Source: Raillietiella orientalis
Lineage: Eukaryota
Assembly: GCA_036172245.1 (NCBI GenBank)
Contig: JAYWIR010000019.1
Coordinates: 2,790,001 to 2,854,000 of the forward strand
Length of the DNA stretch: 64,000 nucleotides
Reading direction: 5' to 3'
A model generated the notes under the pieces. The model searched no databases. It was not told where the DNA came from and saw only the letters and a program-made list of their open reading frames with translations. Shown here one piece after another: positions 1 through 12,692 of this stretch (positions are counted from its first letter, which is position 1; the number at the start of each line of letters is the position of its first letter). The translations under genes were made by a program, and so were the position numbers.

Positions 1-1492
1 GGGAGGCCGGAACGGCGCGCGCGCACCCTGGCTTTCTCTCGCTGGTGTTCTGCCCGTTGGCAAGGCACCCGCGACGATCTCTGAGTTCCGCGGCAACGAG
101 AGTTCCGCGGGGGTAAGACTGACGTGCTCGGGTGGTCCAGGAGGAGTTTCCGGCTCCCATGCGGCTTCCTGGATGATTTTGCGCCCGCGTTTCCGGGATT
201 CTGGCACTGAGAAGCTGTGGAATAGCAAGGAGGGTGGGAGAGGGGTGGGGAGAAAAATCTTTATCCTTTTGTTACTTTCTGAGCCGGCGAGAGCGCGCCC
301 GTGGGGGTGTCATTTCGCCTGCCGTTTGCTGCCCGGTACCAAAAAGACAACGAAAAAAAAAAGGGGCGGGAGGAACAAAGTCGCCGTCACTTTCGCGGGA
401 CGTGCGGAAGGCTCCAGCACCAGAGGCTGCTGACGCTGTCGTCACTTCCGCTTGGCGACCCGTACCAGCGGCACGGTCTTGTAGGAAGCCGCCGCCGCCC
501 GTGCGAAGTCCTCCTTCGCCCTGCCAGAGTCCGCCGAGCGGACCTCTCCGGGACCGTGGTCCTCCTCCAGCATCTCGTCTCCTTCCCCACGTCCCTTCCT
601 CACCCTTCACCCCCACTCACTCCCAAGCACTCCTTTTTTACCGGGGGGGTTCCTCCCAACCATTGGCAGCGAGGCACGAATGCCCTCCCTCGACGGACCT
701 CGGAGAGGATCAGGTTGCGGCCTCCGGGGGTTCGGAGAGAGGCGCGATGCTATTTTAAGATCGAGAGAGGGCGCAATCCCCGCCTCAGAGAGGGAGCTTT
801 TCCTGGAGCACGTTCGGATTACGCGGGGCGGACTTCCCTGCTCTCAGGCGGAACGAACACCCGCCCACTCGCACCCGGAGGTCCATGTCAGCGCGGCGTC
901 TTCGCTCTTGCCCCGCGCAGGCGCATGAGCCGCCGACTAGCGGGGGTACACTCTCCGGTTCCGCCGCTTCCCACCGGGGGTCCAGGACGAACAAGTCTGC
1001 CTCTCTCGTTCATCTATCAGCCCCCCATCCCACTTTTTTGTCCCCGCGTGACGTCACGACGCCTTTTGGACCATTGCGGCAGACGCCCGTCGGCTACTCC
1101 TTCGGGGCTCTTTTGCCGAACGATGACTCTCTCCTCGGAGACTCCCGGCGTTTTCTCACAGAGGCACCTCAGTGGCGCCACCCTGCTCCCAGTTCAGCAA
1201 TCAGTAGAGAGCCTGTTCACCCTCTCCGCACCGGGAGCGGAGGGAATGGACAGCGCGTTGCCCCCAGCACCGCTGGCGGCTTCTGCCGGCCGCTCTCTGG
1301 AACGACCAAGGCGTTAACGAGGAGGCATCTCCAGGATGCCTCCATCCTCGGGATTCGCCCGGAAACCCTGGCGACACTGCCTCCATCTCTCTGCCGCTGC
1401 CGTACCGGGATCTGAGCGAGGAAGGAAGGACTCAGATGTTGTCATCTTCTTTGTTGACTTGTCCATCTACTCGAAAAGAAATGGGGACGGTG

Positions 1493-1683
1493 GCGCCACA
1501 CTTCTGCCCTCGTGCAACTCTGCCATCCTCGCGCCACTCAGCCCGTCCTTGTGCCACTCTGTCCGACCTCGCACCATTCTTCTCTCGCCCACGCGCCACT
1601 CCACTCGCCCTCGTGCCCTTCTGCTCATCCTCGCGCCACTCCTCTCCTGCCCTCGGACCACTCTTCTTCTGCCCACGTGCTTC
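1493..1683. repeat. Degenerate minisatellite (~18-22 bp unit, core CCTCGCGCCACTC)
   Basis: About nine imperfect recurrences such as cctcgcgccactc, cttgtgccactc, cctcgcaccattc, ccacgcgccactc, cctcggaccactc. Confidence 0.6.
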
Positions 1684-2764
1684 TCTGAAGCTTCAAAGAG
1701 CGAGGGCGCAAGAGGGCACGGTGGGAGGGCGGCACTCAGTGTGGTGCACGCGAAAGGCGACGCAGAAGTCTATCCACTCGTCCTCCCTGTGGAGGCCCGA
1801 AGGTCCGTCCCCACGGCGTGCCGCTTCCCGTTTCCCCCGGTGGTGGTCTTTACTCCCTCCTGCCACCTTTTCTTCTGGAGAGGGCGAGGTCCCGTCTCCG
1901 AGCAGTTTCTGCCCACCCCCGCGCCCGAAGCAGCTGCCGCACAGGGTCTCGGGCGGACGCACCGCTAGAGTCTCCCCGGGGAGGGGCATCCTCCATCTGT
2001 CAAGAGAAGGGGAGCGCCGCTTCCAGCAGTGGACGGTCGCGTTGTCTCGGGGAAGCGCGTGTCCTGCCCCCTTCTTCTCCCGTGAGACAACGGTTCCCTA
2101 GCAACATGCTCCTGGTTTCAGGGCGCGGTCGAGCATCTCGGGCGTGCCCCTCCCTCATACCGGCGCTCCCACTTTTCTTCCTGCACCTTCATCCATCCCT
2201 GGACTTCTCCTTAAGCCGCCTTCCTCGGGGGGCAGATGGAGTCCCCAGCCGGACGGAAGTCCAACACGTGAGCGCTTCCCTCCTGACCACGGTGGGCGCG
2301 GGGAAGGAGAGAGACGGACCCGTTTGCCTTTTTCTTTTTCTGTTCCCTCCATGTTATGAGCTCCGGGCGATACGCGCGTCTCCTCGGGGCCCAGCCAGAA
2401 GCAGCGGGTCACCTTCGATCGCTCCCCGATGAGCCTCCGACAGCACTTCGTACACCCCCCCCCCCTTCCGCAGGGATTCCCGCCGTCCGCCGCTGGTGAC
2501 TCCACGGAAGGTGGCAGCTTCCGTCCTGCTAATGGGGTGGCGTGGAGAAAAAGGCAAAGAAAATCATCCCTTACCCCTTCTGGTCATCGAAAGCGAGGGC
2601 ACGCGGCAGCCACTGGAGGCTCCCTTCGTCCTCGCATCCCTCGGAGAAAGACCCCATCTGGGAAGATGGACCGTGCGCTTCCGTGGTGTCCTCTTCGATC
2701 AACCGATCTCTCCTTCCTCCTGCTATCGGCATCTCCGTGTCCCCCCAGACAGAATGATGGTCAG

Positions 2765-2900
2765 GGAGGAGGAAGCGGAAATCGAATGGAAGAGGAGAAG
2801 GAAGGGAAGAGGAGGAGGGAAAGAGGAGGAAGGGAAAAGAAGGAAGAAAAAGAGGAAGAGAACGAGGAGTAGGAAAAGGAAGAAGAGATTTAGGAGGAAG
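2765..2900. repeat. GA-rich polypurine low-complexity tract
   Basis: gaa/gga/gag runs; a similar tract lies at ~4280-4425. Confidence 0.8.
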
Positions 2901-4684
2901 GTTCATTCAAGAGATCAGTCCTTCCTACATCCTCGACTGTTAGAGTTCGCCTGCCCGCCTTGTCACCCGACAGCGCGCGCGCCGCGCCCGCGCGTGAGTC
3001 GAGGAGCGCTGCCTCCGCCTGCAACCCCCTCGGGCGGTCTAACGATTTCTCTTCCCCTCCGTTGTTGTTGTTTGGCCTTTTTTTTTTTTTTCTCTCCTGT
3101 TTCTCTTCTGGCCGCGGATGCACCTACGTGTCCGGCAATCTCAGGCCACCTGCGCGAGCGTCCTGCCTGCAGGACGGCAGAGGCACTCAACGGGAATTCC
3201 GGTCGAGGGGAGGCATCGTTTGCGAGGAGGGGCTCGCTGAAAGCCGTTAGCGCGGGCGTGCCGTGGAAGGAGGGGCGGCGATGGAGACGATGGAACGACA
3301 CGCTGCCGCGCCTGGGCCGAGGGGGGAGGCGGTGGAGAGGAACCCGCCATCCCAGGATTTCCCCTCCAGGGAAGGGAGGCGGCAGATGCGGGCCTCCTCC
3401 CTTCGGGAGGGCTCTGATCGGGTAGCTGCGGCGGAGGAACTTTCAACTGCCCGAGGTGGCAGTCGTCCGCCTCGGATCCGCATGTCCAAGGGAACTTTCG
3501 TAGTTGGCTGGACCGAGGTCCTGTCTTCCTGCCGACCCCTCTCTGCCCGCGCTGGCCCTAGGGAGATGCCAGATTGCTCCCGCCCTCGCCTCTTCTTTGG
3601 AAGCTGCGCTCTGAGTCCTTCCTGACCTCCCGACTCCGGGAAAAAGGTGGCACCTTCTGGACCGTCGCCTCCCCTCGTGACGTGCGAGGAGGCGGTCCCG
3701 AGGCTCTTCCTCCTTGACAGCGGGGCAGTAGCCCTCCAGAGGGACGAGCGGGTCGCTTTGGCGGCGGGAGCAGCTGCCCCCGCCTTTGAGTTCTCCGAAG
3801 GTTCAGGAGCACGGGGGACGCGCTCGCTAACCTCCGTCCGCTGGGCCCTCGGTGAATCCGAATCCTGCAGTCCCTCTCCCGCTCCCCCGAGGCAACAGAA
3901 GGAAGGATCCGAGATTCTTTTCAGAACGGGCTCCAGGGGTGCGAGGAGAGGGAGAGAATGGAGGGGGAGGGGAGAACAGAAGCGAAACACGAGTGCTCTG
4001 CTCTTCCTTTGATCCCCACGCGAGCCATCCAGCGGGATCGGGTCTCCCTCCTTCCTGTTTCACTCATCTCCAACCCCTTCCTCACACGTAGGGAGCTCGT
4101 GGCATCCCTACACACTCCATTCCAGCACCCCTGAAGGATCCTCTCCCCTCCTCCCAACCGTTTCGGACCACCGCTCGTGCGGGAAGGAGGAGGAAGGAAG
4201 TGGAGTATTGGAGGCAGAAACTGCAGCATCTGGCATCACTCGAATGACTCCGGGAATCTCCCATCCCGCGCACGACGAGCAAGGAGGCGGAGATGAGAAG
4301 CAGCAGAAGGAAGGAGGAGGATCAGGAGAAGGAGGGGGGGGAGAAGCAAGGAAAGAGGAAGAGAAGGAAGATAGGGAGGAAGAATGGAGGAAAAGAAGAA
4401 AGAAGGAAAAAGGGGGAGGAGGAATATGGGGTGCTCCCATCCTCTCCCCCTCCCCATAGACTCTGCTTCCACGCAGACGTGTGGAACAAGTCAAGTCGCC
4501 CGTCAGCTGCAGCAGTACCCTTCGAAGAACCGGGTCGACCCCTGGGAGCGTCTCGCAGCTGCGCGCGCGCCCGGCGTAGCGCGGAGGGCTACGCCGGTCA
4601 CGAGGAGGGTGGGGCGGGGTGAGCTCGAAAGCATCCGCCACGACAGACCACGCGTCGCCCACCCTCCGCTGGGGCGGCTGCAGC

Positions 4685-4771
4685 TTCTGCGGTGGCTGCT
4701 GCTGCTTCTGCTGCTGCTGCTGCTGCTCTCCGTCCGCCTCTGCCGCCGTCGCCGCCGCCGCCGCCGCCGCC
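4685..4771. repeat. Compound trinucleotide microsatellite (CTG)n followed by (CCG)n
   Basis: gctgctgctgcttctgctgctgctgctgctgct... then gccgccgtcgccgccgccgccgccgccgc. Confidence 0.85.
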
Positions 4772-7439
4772 TCCCGCGGCAGTTTCCCCGGCGACGGAGG
4801 TGCGAGTGCCACGCGCTCCTCTCGCGGAGACGCCGCCGCGCGCGTGCCGACGCTGCTCGACTCGGTGGGGGCGCCCGATCCGAGGAGGACGAGGAAGCGG
4901 GGCGGTTGCCTTGCCGCCGCCGGTGGTCCAGACGCGGAGCACAACCTTCTCCGTGCCGGCAAATCCCATACGTAAGCAGCCCAGCTTTTTCGCCTTTTTT
5001 TTTTTTGTTCTTCCCCTCCTCCCGTCGATCTGCACTGGCGCCACACTTGTCTCGCAGCGGGCTCGAGAGCGCGAGGCGCGGCAACAGCAGCAGTCCATGG
5101 GGCCTCCAGGAGGGGAGGGGAGGGATGAGGCTGCTCCCGAGAGGCAGAAAAGGAAAATCGGTGCCTTCCCGAGATCACAGGTCCTCTCCTGCCCTGCATT
5201 CCCTTCCTTCCTCCCCCCCCCCGCCCTCGCTGAACGGTTTCCCCACGCCTGGTACCGTTGATAGGAAGAAAGCGGCTTTCTGGGAGGGAGGCTGCGGCTC
5301 TGTGCGAGGGTAGGGGCGGGGTCGACAGGCATCTTCCACTCCTCCTCCTCCCTCTCTCCCGAGTCGGTCGGCCTCGCGAGGAGGGGGAGAGAGAACACGA
5401 TTGGTGGCGATTCCCCCGCAGGCGCGCGACGTCGTGCGGCGGCTCGCTGGGCGAAGCCTTCCTGGCGCGAGTCCTCCTCCCATGTCCTCGCTCATTCCTC
5501 CTCCCCCGCGCGCCTCGCGGCAAAGACCGTCCCCGGGAAGGACGCGCCCCGTCCTTCGCCGTAGAGCTTGCGCTCTTCCTGGGGGAAGGCGCCAAGACGC
5601 GGCCTTGGAGCTTCTGGAATGCAACGGCGCGAGGAACAAGCCGTGATGGCGCCAGAGCCGGCGAAGAGGGAGGAGCGGGAGATCCACTCGAGCATCCTGA
5701 GAACCTCTCCGAAAGTCAGTCGGCACAGGGGCTTAGAGTATCCTGGGGGAATCCATCCGCAGGTCCCTTCTTTCTCCTCTTCGTCCTCTTCCCTTTCTCC
5801 TGCCTCTAACCCTCCTCAGAGCGCATGCGCAGATGCATAGCGTCGACCAGAGCGTGGCGCGAACTTCCAGGGCAGAGCCTCCCTCGTTCCGAGGTGGGAC
5901 TGCTCGCGACTCCATCCAGCATCTCCCAAGTAATCCGGCCAATTCATTTCTTTCCTTCCGCATGACCCTTAAGGCCCCTAAAAGGCTCAAGAGACAAAAA
6001 AAAAAAAAAGGTCCAAGGAGAACGGAGAGGGCATGGTTCCCTCTGTTTGCACGACGGGAGTCGATCCTCAGATTACTCTGAAAAGGTCCAGATTTCTCCT
6101 CCTCCACCTCTTCCTCCTCTTCCTCTTCCTATATTCTTTCCCTTCCTCTTATTCCTGTTGGGGACAGCCTTCCGTCCAAGAGTGGCAAGCACGGAGGGAC
6201 CAGGGGGTCATTATCTCTCGGGGTGGAGGCGGGCGGCTGATCGTTCAGATGCGTGGAGTGATACCTCCCGGGACGTACCCTCAAAAATTTGCCCGATTCC
6301 TGGGAGGTCGATTGCGATGGCTGGTTGCCTCGGCGACCCGAGTTCGCCTCTCTCTCTCCTGTCGAAGCGCCTCGCCACCCCTCGTGGGAGGGACGGACCC
6401 GGTCGCGACTCGGTGCCCCATCCTCCCTTCCCTTTCCCAAGGGTCGACTTCGCCTCTAACGTCCTGTTCCGTGGTTCTTCCGTCTTCAGTAGGGTGCGTA
6501 GGCGGCTGGCTCCGAGCTCGAGGAGAACCCTGCCCGTAACACGCGCGCGCATGCATCCCGGGTCTCAATGGAGGCGGCGCAGGGCCCCTTATCCCAGAGA
6601 GTCCCTTTTTATTTCTCGGAGGGGAGAAAGGACAGAAAATTCCGGATCCGCAACCTGGGCACCCGGGTCTTTTGCTCGGAATACCCTCTGAAACTTGTGC
6701 GCTGCGCAGGGAGAGAGGAAGTTATTTCCTTCGTCTCCGTCGTCCGCGACGACGGCATCGCAAAGGTAAGCGGGCCCTGGAAACTCAGGGGTAGCGGTAG
6801 CTCTTCCTCTTGCCCCGAGGTCACCTTGGGAACCATTGCCGTTCCCTCTGCCGTTGGTGTCGCTCCGGGCGCATCCGCCCGCCCGCCGAACGTCCGCTTT
6901 TCTCGTCGAAAGGGGCAGCGGATGGGCGGTAGGTAGGACCCACTAGACCCCGCGGCGATTCGGAGGGAGGGAAAGGACGAGTGCTAGCGGCAGTATGCGC
7001 ATCTGGGGCACGGTACCCGCTCACAATCCAGGGAAAGACCGCGCGAGCTGCGGAGGCGATGTTCCAGGGATGCTCCCACGGCACGATCCCATTGGTTTTG
7101 AGAGGAAGTTGGGGGTTCGCTCACGTGCCTGCGGAGATCTGAGGTCATCTACCGCTTCCTCCCCTCACACACTCTTTCCATCTGGATTGCCTGGCTGGCT
7201 TTTCGGCGGGAACCTCCTTGGCTGCGGGAGGAGTAGAGGCGGACGGGAGAGTCGTGGAGTTCGCTGCTGTTGGGCTGCTCCGTGGCGGCGCCTGGAGCAC
7301 GCACGCGATCGTGACGACTTGTGAGAATGGAGGCGTCCCGTCGGGAGCGAAAGGTTTCGCACGGAACACACAGGAGGGCTAATGCCTACGACAGGACAGG
7401 TTGCCATAAAAGTCTCGCGCGACATGACCATCAGTCCCA

Positions 7440-7705
7440 TTCTCTTTCCATCCTCCCTTTCTCCTCTTCCTCTTCCTCCCATTGTTTTCCACCTCTTCCT
7501 GTCTTCTCTCTTCCTTCTGCTCCTCTTCCTCCCTTCCTCTTCCTCCCTTCCTCTTCATCCAGTTCTTTTCCTTCTCTTCTTCTCATCCTTCTCCTCTTCC
7601 TCTTCCTCCTATTCTTTTCCACCTCCTCTTCCCTCCTCCTCCTCTTTTTCTTCCTTCCTTCCTCCCTTCTTCTTACTCTTCTTATTCCCTCCTTCTCCTC
7701 CTTCT
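7440..7705. repeat. CT-rich polypyrimidine (TCC/TTC) low-complexity tract
   Basis: About 265 bp almost entirely C/T. Confidence 0.85.
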
Positions 7706-9072
7706 ACTTCGAGATGTGTGTAAACCCATAAAAAGGGAGAGGGATCCATCCAGAAGCAAGAAGCACCTCGCTTCCCTCTCGAGCCTCAGCCAGAAAGAAA
7801 TGGGACTACAGGTGAGGGGAGAAGCGATAATCTCGGTCTGGCCACATGAGTCAAAGTCATTGAGCGCGCATCCAGAAACCGGAACCAACACTTAAAGATC
7901 GACGCACTGCTGGAACAGGCCCTCTGCCGAAGGCAACGGGGCTGTGCTGCCTTAAGGTTTTTGGAAGGGGAGAGAAAAAAAAGGGGAGGTGTTGCAGGGT
8001 ATCCGTGTGGCCGGTCGAGCGGCTCGCGAAGGCCTCCTTCTCTCCCCGTACCCGCCCGCTCTTCATGGAAAGGAGTGTAAAGAAAGCGCATGCGCCAGAG
8101 AGACAAGGGAGAGCCGAGATAGAGAACCAGGGCGAAGCTGCGCCTTGTCCTCATGGCGGCGGGATATCTCGGCAGAGACCCGTGCGTCTTGCCTGCGCCA
8201 AGAAGGGCGTTGCGAGCGCGCGCGCGCGCGACCCTTTTCCCCGATCTCCCGCTTTCACCTTTACTCCTTTTTCCGGTCCCTCCCGGGCGCGGCGGAGCTG
8301 CATCCTCAGACGCTGCTGCCATTGGCCAGCGTCCCTTGTCCTCTTAAAACACGCAGGAAGGCTTCCTGCTTTCTGGAATCCGTTCCCATGGTCTAGCCAG
8401 CTGCCGCCCAGCCTCGCCCTTGAGGAGATCGCACAAAGAAAGCGGAGATGCTGCTTTCTTCAGGAGTAGGCACTAACGGCCTTCCTTTTCTTCTCCAGTA
8501 GAGGGGAGCCTTGCGGTATCTCTCCTCCCTTCGAGCCATCATCTCTTTCAGCACAGATAGGAGGCTTCCGTTTGTTGGTTCCTTGGTTCCAAATCTTCGC
8601 GGCGAGAGGATCCACTCGAGCCAGGAAAAACCACGGCTTTCATTCCCGAACGCGCAACAAGGGAGCGAGGGAGGAGCCTCTCCCAGGGAAGGGTCGTCTG
8701 CAAACGGCGGACCGAAAGCCTGGGAATCCTTTCCATTTACTCTCCTGCCCCGAACGCCGCCCCCTCTGCAGAGGCAGTGCGACTTTCCTCCGCTTCAGCG
8801 CGAGTTGCCCAGTCCTCTCGGAGATGGAGCGCGAGTCTGCGCGAGAAAACGCCCTGGCGCCGGAAACACATGGCGGACGTTCCCGAACGCCGCCGCCGAT
8901 GCGCGGTTTCCTCCTCTCGTCAGGCGCCCGGGGGAGTGAGTGAGGGGGTCAAAGGATGAAGCGGGAAAGCCTCTACCCGCGCCCTGCTCCGCTGCAACTC
9001 GACCCCTTCCCTCCCCCGCTCGAAGTCCCCTCGCCACCGCGTCTGCCCAGCACGTCCTTTTTTTTATTCCAG

Positions 9073-9282
9073 GCGTTCCAGAAGGACATCGAAGCTCACG
9101 GGAAGCTCATCTCACGGGTCCAGAAAGCTTGTGAGTGCGCGTCTCCTGCAGAAGGGCGGCTCTTGAGGGGACGCGCATCCCTCCGGGTGGTCCGGCGCAT
9201 CCAGGGTCGCTGGAGGGTGCTGCTTCTGCGCTGCCTGGAATGGCAGTGTTTCCTGGAGCAGCTGATCGCCGAGCAGGAAGCG
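9073..9282 (+). CDS. klar: Klarsicht-like KASH protein, internal coding exon (AFQKDIEAHGKLISRV...RWRVLLLRCLEWQCFLEQL)
   Basis: Acceptor tttttattccag|G at 9072/9073 and donor GCG|gtgagc at 9282/9283; 210 nt, phase 0-0. The peptide resembles the spectrin-like 'QxDIExHGK...RWHLLxLRxLEWQCxLE' block I recall from arthropod Klarsicht proteins. Confidence 0.8.
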
Positions 9283-9478
9283 GTGAGCGCGACCTTTCCC
9301 ACGACTCCGCCTCGGAGCTGCTGCCCCCGCGCCCTCCTTACTGCTCCCTGGGGACACCGTGGACCAGAGGGGCTCTCCTAGGAAGCGACTGACCCGCTCC
9401 CTAGGAGACCGCCTTAGAGAATTGCGTTGGGCGAAAAAGAGGAAGAGAGGAAACTCCTACAGCCGCTTCCTTTTCCAG

Positions 9479-10324
9479 GGCATCCGGTGGACCTCCGCCG
9501 CCTCTCAGGGTGATCCCGAGGAGGACGAGCCTCTAGAGAAGCAAGCACGCCTATCTGCGGACCGCTGCTGCCCGCGTGCTCGGGTCGCTCCCCGGGCCTC
9601 GTCGCACTCCGCGGGCTCTGCGTCGCTCCCGCGGAGAGCGCCGCCTCGTGACCACCTCAGGATGAGTTGCTGCAGCAGGAGCACCCCACAGCAGCCAAGC
9701 GAGGGGACTGTGGACAAGGGAGTCATGGTCGGACCCACGGCGATCCGGGAGCTGAAGACACGTTGCCGGGGCGACGGACCTTTCGAGGTGATCCAGGACA
9801 TCGGGTACTCTTCGGAGAGCCCGGCGCGCTTTTCGGACGACGAAGACGGCGGCGGCAAGGACGGGAAAGCACCTCCCTCCTCCCTAGAGGGACCCTCCGG
9901 CGACGACCCCACGCGACGCCGCGTCGGGCTACTGGTCGCGGAAGCCGAGCGCCTGGTGGCGCTGAAGGGCGGCTGCCAGAGCCGGTCGCGCGTGGAACGC
10001 TGGCTGCAGTCGCAGAGGAGCGGAAGCTGCGACGCCAGCGGCGAGGGCACCTCGGAGGAGGAGGAAAGCCGTCCTCCGGGCGGCGGTCCGGCGCGCCGCC
10101 ACTCCCGCCGCGACCTCAAGCCGCCACCAGCCCCCGCCTCGCCCTCCCGCTCCAGGCAGCCTGCCGGCGGCAGGACCCTCCGCCCCGTTTCCTCCTCGCG
10201 ATCCTCGAGCGGATCGCGGCCCCCGGCCGCCCTTGGGGACGGAGAGCCTTTTCCGAACACTGCCGAGCAGACCGTCGAGGGCCCCAGCTCCCTCTCCGAG
10301 CAGGCGGCTTGGGACTGGTACCAG
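9479..10324 (+). CDS. klar: Klarsicht-like protein, large low-complexity coding exon (GIRWTS...DIGYSSES...SEQAAWDWYQ)
   Basis: Acceptor cttccttttccag|GGC at 9478/9479, in phase with the previous exon. Open frame is part of ORF 9359..11647. It ends at candidate donor CAG|gtaggt and may be continuous with the next exon if the 54-nt intron is retained. Confidence 0.75.
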
Positions 10325-10378
10325 GTAGGTGACCTCCCCTCCTTTCCTTCCCAAGAGCACGACTCCCCCTTCGGACAG

Positions 10379-10682
10379 GACCCCTTCTACCTGAGCGAAC
10401 CCTACAGTGAGGAGGTCCCCGACGCAGAGGCCACTCGGCGCCTCCTGGACTTCGGCGACGACTATCGGACGTTCCTGGGCAGCGCCTCCTCGGACGCCAC
10501 CAGTGTCAGCCAGCGCTACGAGCGACGCCCTCCCGGAAGGAGGCGGCAGTCGCGCTCCGGGGCGAGTGGCCGGCCTGACACGGGGGGAAGCTCTGCTTCG
10601 GACTCCGTCCAGTCCCCCCCCTCGGTCGCCGCCTCTTGCAGCGACCACGGTGCCCGTCTCTCCGAAGAAGACACCTGCCCAG
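10379..10682 (+). CDS. klar: Klarsicht-like protein, exon with the hallmark motif YLSEPYSEE...ATRRLLDFGDDYRTFLGS
   Basis: Matches the recalled Klarsicht motif 'WDxYQ..Y.SE.YSE....ARRLL(D/E)FGDDYRxFL'. Donor CCAG|gtaaac at 10682/10683 (phase 1); after it the ORF runs into a simple-repeat tract. Confidence 0.85.
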
Positions 10683-10954
10683 GTAAACCGTCGAGCGGAT
10701 CCCATCCCACCACCCCTCGGGAGCGACCTTTGTTCATTCCCCATTGTCCCTTAATGGGTGTCACAGCACCGCCCGTTCATCCATGTCCGCAGTTCCACGC
10801 CTCCCTAAACCCGAGAGCAGACGCAGGGACTCTCCGCACCCCCATAACCCCCTGCTTGTTCAACGTGAAAGTTGCCGCCTCTTTTCCCGTCACCTCGCCT
10901 CGTCTCATTTTCTCCCCGCTGGCCATCCTCTGTGCTTCTGACTGCCAACCCCTC

Positions 10955-11265
10955 TCCCCTTCATCTTCCTCTGTACCTCTACCCCACCCCACCACGCTCC
11001 AACATACCTCCTCCTCCACTCTTGCCTCACCCCAGTTATACCCCAAAATCTACTGCACATCTACCCCGAACCTTACTCTACCTCTACCCTATACCCTTAC
11101 ACCCATCCTCACTTCAACCCCATCTCTTTCCCATGTCTACTCTATACTCCTACCCCGCCACACCACTTTTACCCCAACCTCACCGCTATCCTATTCTCCT
11201 ATCCCTACTCCACCTCACTCCACCCCACCTGTACCCCTATCCCTACCCTCACTCTACCCTGCTCC
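10955..11265. repeat. Degenerate C-rich simple repeat (TACCCC/CTCCAC-like), with a loosely complementary G-rich tract at ~11800-11935
   Basis: Near absence of G over ~300 bp with recurring ctacccc/cctatccc/ctccacc; the mirror tract reads gagtaggggttggagtgtgggtaggagt. Confidence 0.7.
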
Positions 11266-11610
11266 TCCCTCGAGCGGAAGGCGCGACGTACTTGGTGGTG
11301 CTTCTCCGATTGCAGCGCCACTTGCGGCAGTGCGTCCCACCTTCCGTCATTGTTGGTCGCATGGCCGCCACACATGCGCCGCTCATGGGCGCCATCCGTT
11401 GCTGTGGAAACCTGCTGAGCATGCGTTTGCCCCCTTCTCTGGAGGGAGGAGCGTCGCAGTTTCCTCTCGGTTTGTTGGAGGGTTTTGCGCGCGCCCGCAC
11501 CCCCTTTTCGTGCCTTTCCCTGCCCCCACCTCCCGGATGCTCCGTACACTTGCCGACGAGCGACCTTCCGTGGGAGTTTGGGGGAGGGGAGAAGAAGCAC
11601 TTCTTGGGAA

Positions 11611-11646
11611 CAGCGGGCTGCTCGAGGTACCTCGAGCAGCCCGCTG
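11611..11646. repeat. Perfect 36-bp palindrome cagcgggctgctcgaggtacctcgagcagcccgctg
   Basis: 18-bp arms are exact reverse complements with no spacer; the same peptides appear on both strands in the ORF track. Confidence 0.97.
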
Positions 11647-12291
11647 ATGAGTCGTTCGGAATAAAGATAAACACTAGGAAACGAGGAAGAATAGGGGAGG
11701 GAAAGATGGCATGCCAACCCGGGGTTTCGTCCTTCTGCGCCGATCAGGGGAGGCACATGCCAACGTACCTCGCCAACAGCGTCGCATGGGATCTAGCTGC
11801 CTAGGGGTAGACTGGTGAATGAGAGCTGAGGTGGGGGTATGGGCAGGATGTGAGTAGGAGTTGGGTTGTAGGAATGGGTGGGTCCGGATCATGTGAGTAG
11901 GGGTTGGAGTGTGGGTAGGAGTGAAGAGAGGTGGGGACTTCGAGGAGGAGAAAGAGCTGGATCGGGCTGCAGCGGAGAGGGGAGATGAAGGTTAAGGTCG
12001 TCGCCTCCCTCGCTCCCTTGATCCCAACCTCTCCCGGTCCTCCTTGACTGACGACCGGTCGCAGCGGCTTCCGGGTGCGAGGGGAGTCTCCCAGGGAGCA
12101 GCCCGCGAGAATCGTCCGCCCCAGTGGTGAACGCCGAGTTGCAAGGGGCCCTGCTTCTCCCGCGTGTCTCTTGCCCCCTCCGCTTGTTGCGTGAGAGGCA
12201 CGCCCTCCCTTAGGAGAGACGCCACCGTGCGCTGCCGCGCCGTTTTGAAGGCCGCACGCCGCCGCAGGATGGGGAGGGGGAGGGTGATCAG

Positions 12292-12692
12292 CTGAGGCGA
12301 ACCGGTCGCGGCTCGGACCGACGGGGCAGACCGAAGCGCCTCTCTCGGAGAAGGACGAAAGAGGATGGTTGAGGCGGCAGTCGCGCCAGTCGATCGCGGA
12401 AATCGGCAGGCTGCACCTGCGCGCGCGGCGGCGCCGCTATGCCTTCCTCCCTTTGACGCCATTTCCTGGGATGTCCTCTGAGAGTGCGTATGCTCCCCGT
12501 GCTTCCGCCGCCGCCGCCCGGGGGCAAGGCTGGTGTCCCTGCTCGTGCGCCTTTTCTTGCGTCGCCGTTCCCTGCACGGGCGCGCGTGCGCGAAGGCAGC
12601 AGGAGGACCTGGCGCGCCCCCGTGCAGGACGCTGGGTGCGTCGAGGCGGTGACTCCTCGCAAGGCTGCTGCTGTGATCAGCGTCGCGCGTCC
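12292..12692 (+). CDS. Candidate klarsicht-like exon(s); boundaries uncertain
   Basis: Open frame (includes ORF 12369..12917) that is phase-compatible (1 to 0) between gatcag| and donor TCC|gtgagc. The acceptor is purine-rich and weak, and an internal intron at ~12489-12595 is possible. No recognisable motif. Confidence 0.3.

Noticed and set aside
173..9000. Many long overlapping ORFs (e.g. 4108..5595, 301..1317, 2496..3425)
   Set aside because: They are Arg/Pro/Ser/Gly-rich in all frames, as expected from GC-rich low-complexity DNA. Some 5' klarsicht exons probably lie here (donor-like sites at 112, 4618, 4971, 6765 and 7811), but I cannot assemble them reliably.
9359..11647. 762-aa single-exon protein
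   Set aside because: The ends lie outside good splice sites, and the C-terminal ~320 aa translate intronic sequence, including a G-poor simple repeat. Only 9479-10682 is credible coding sequence.
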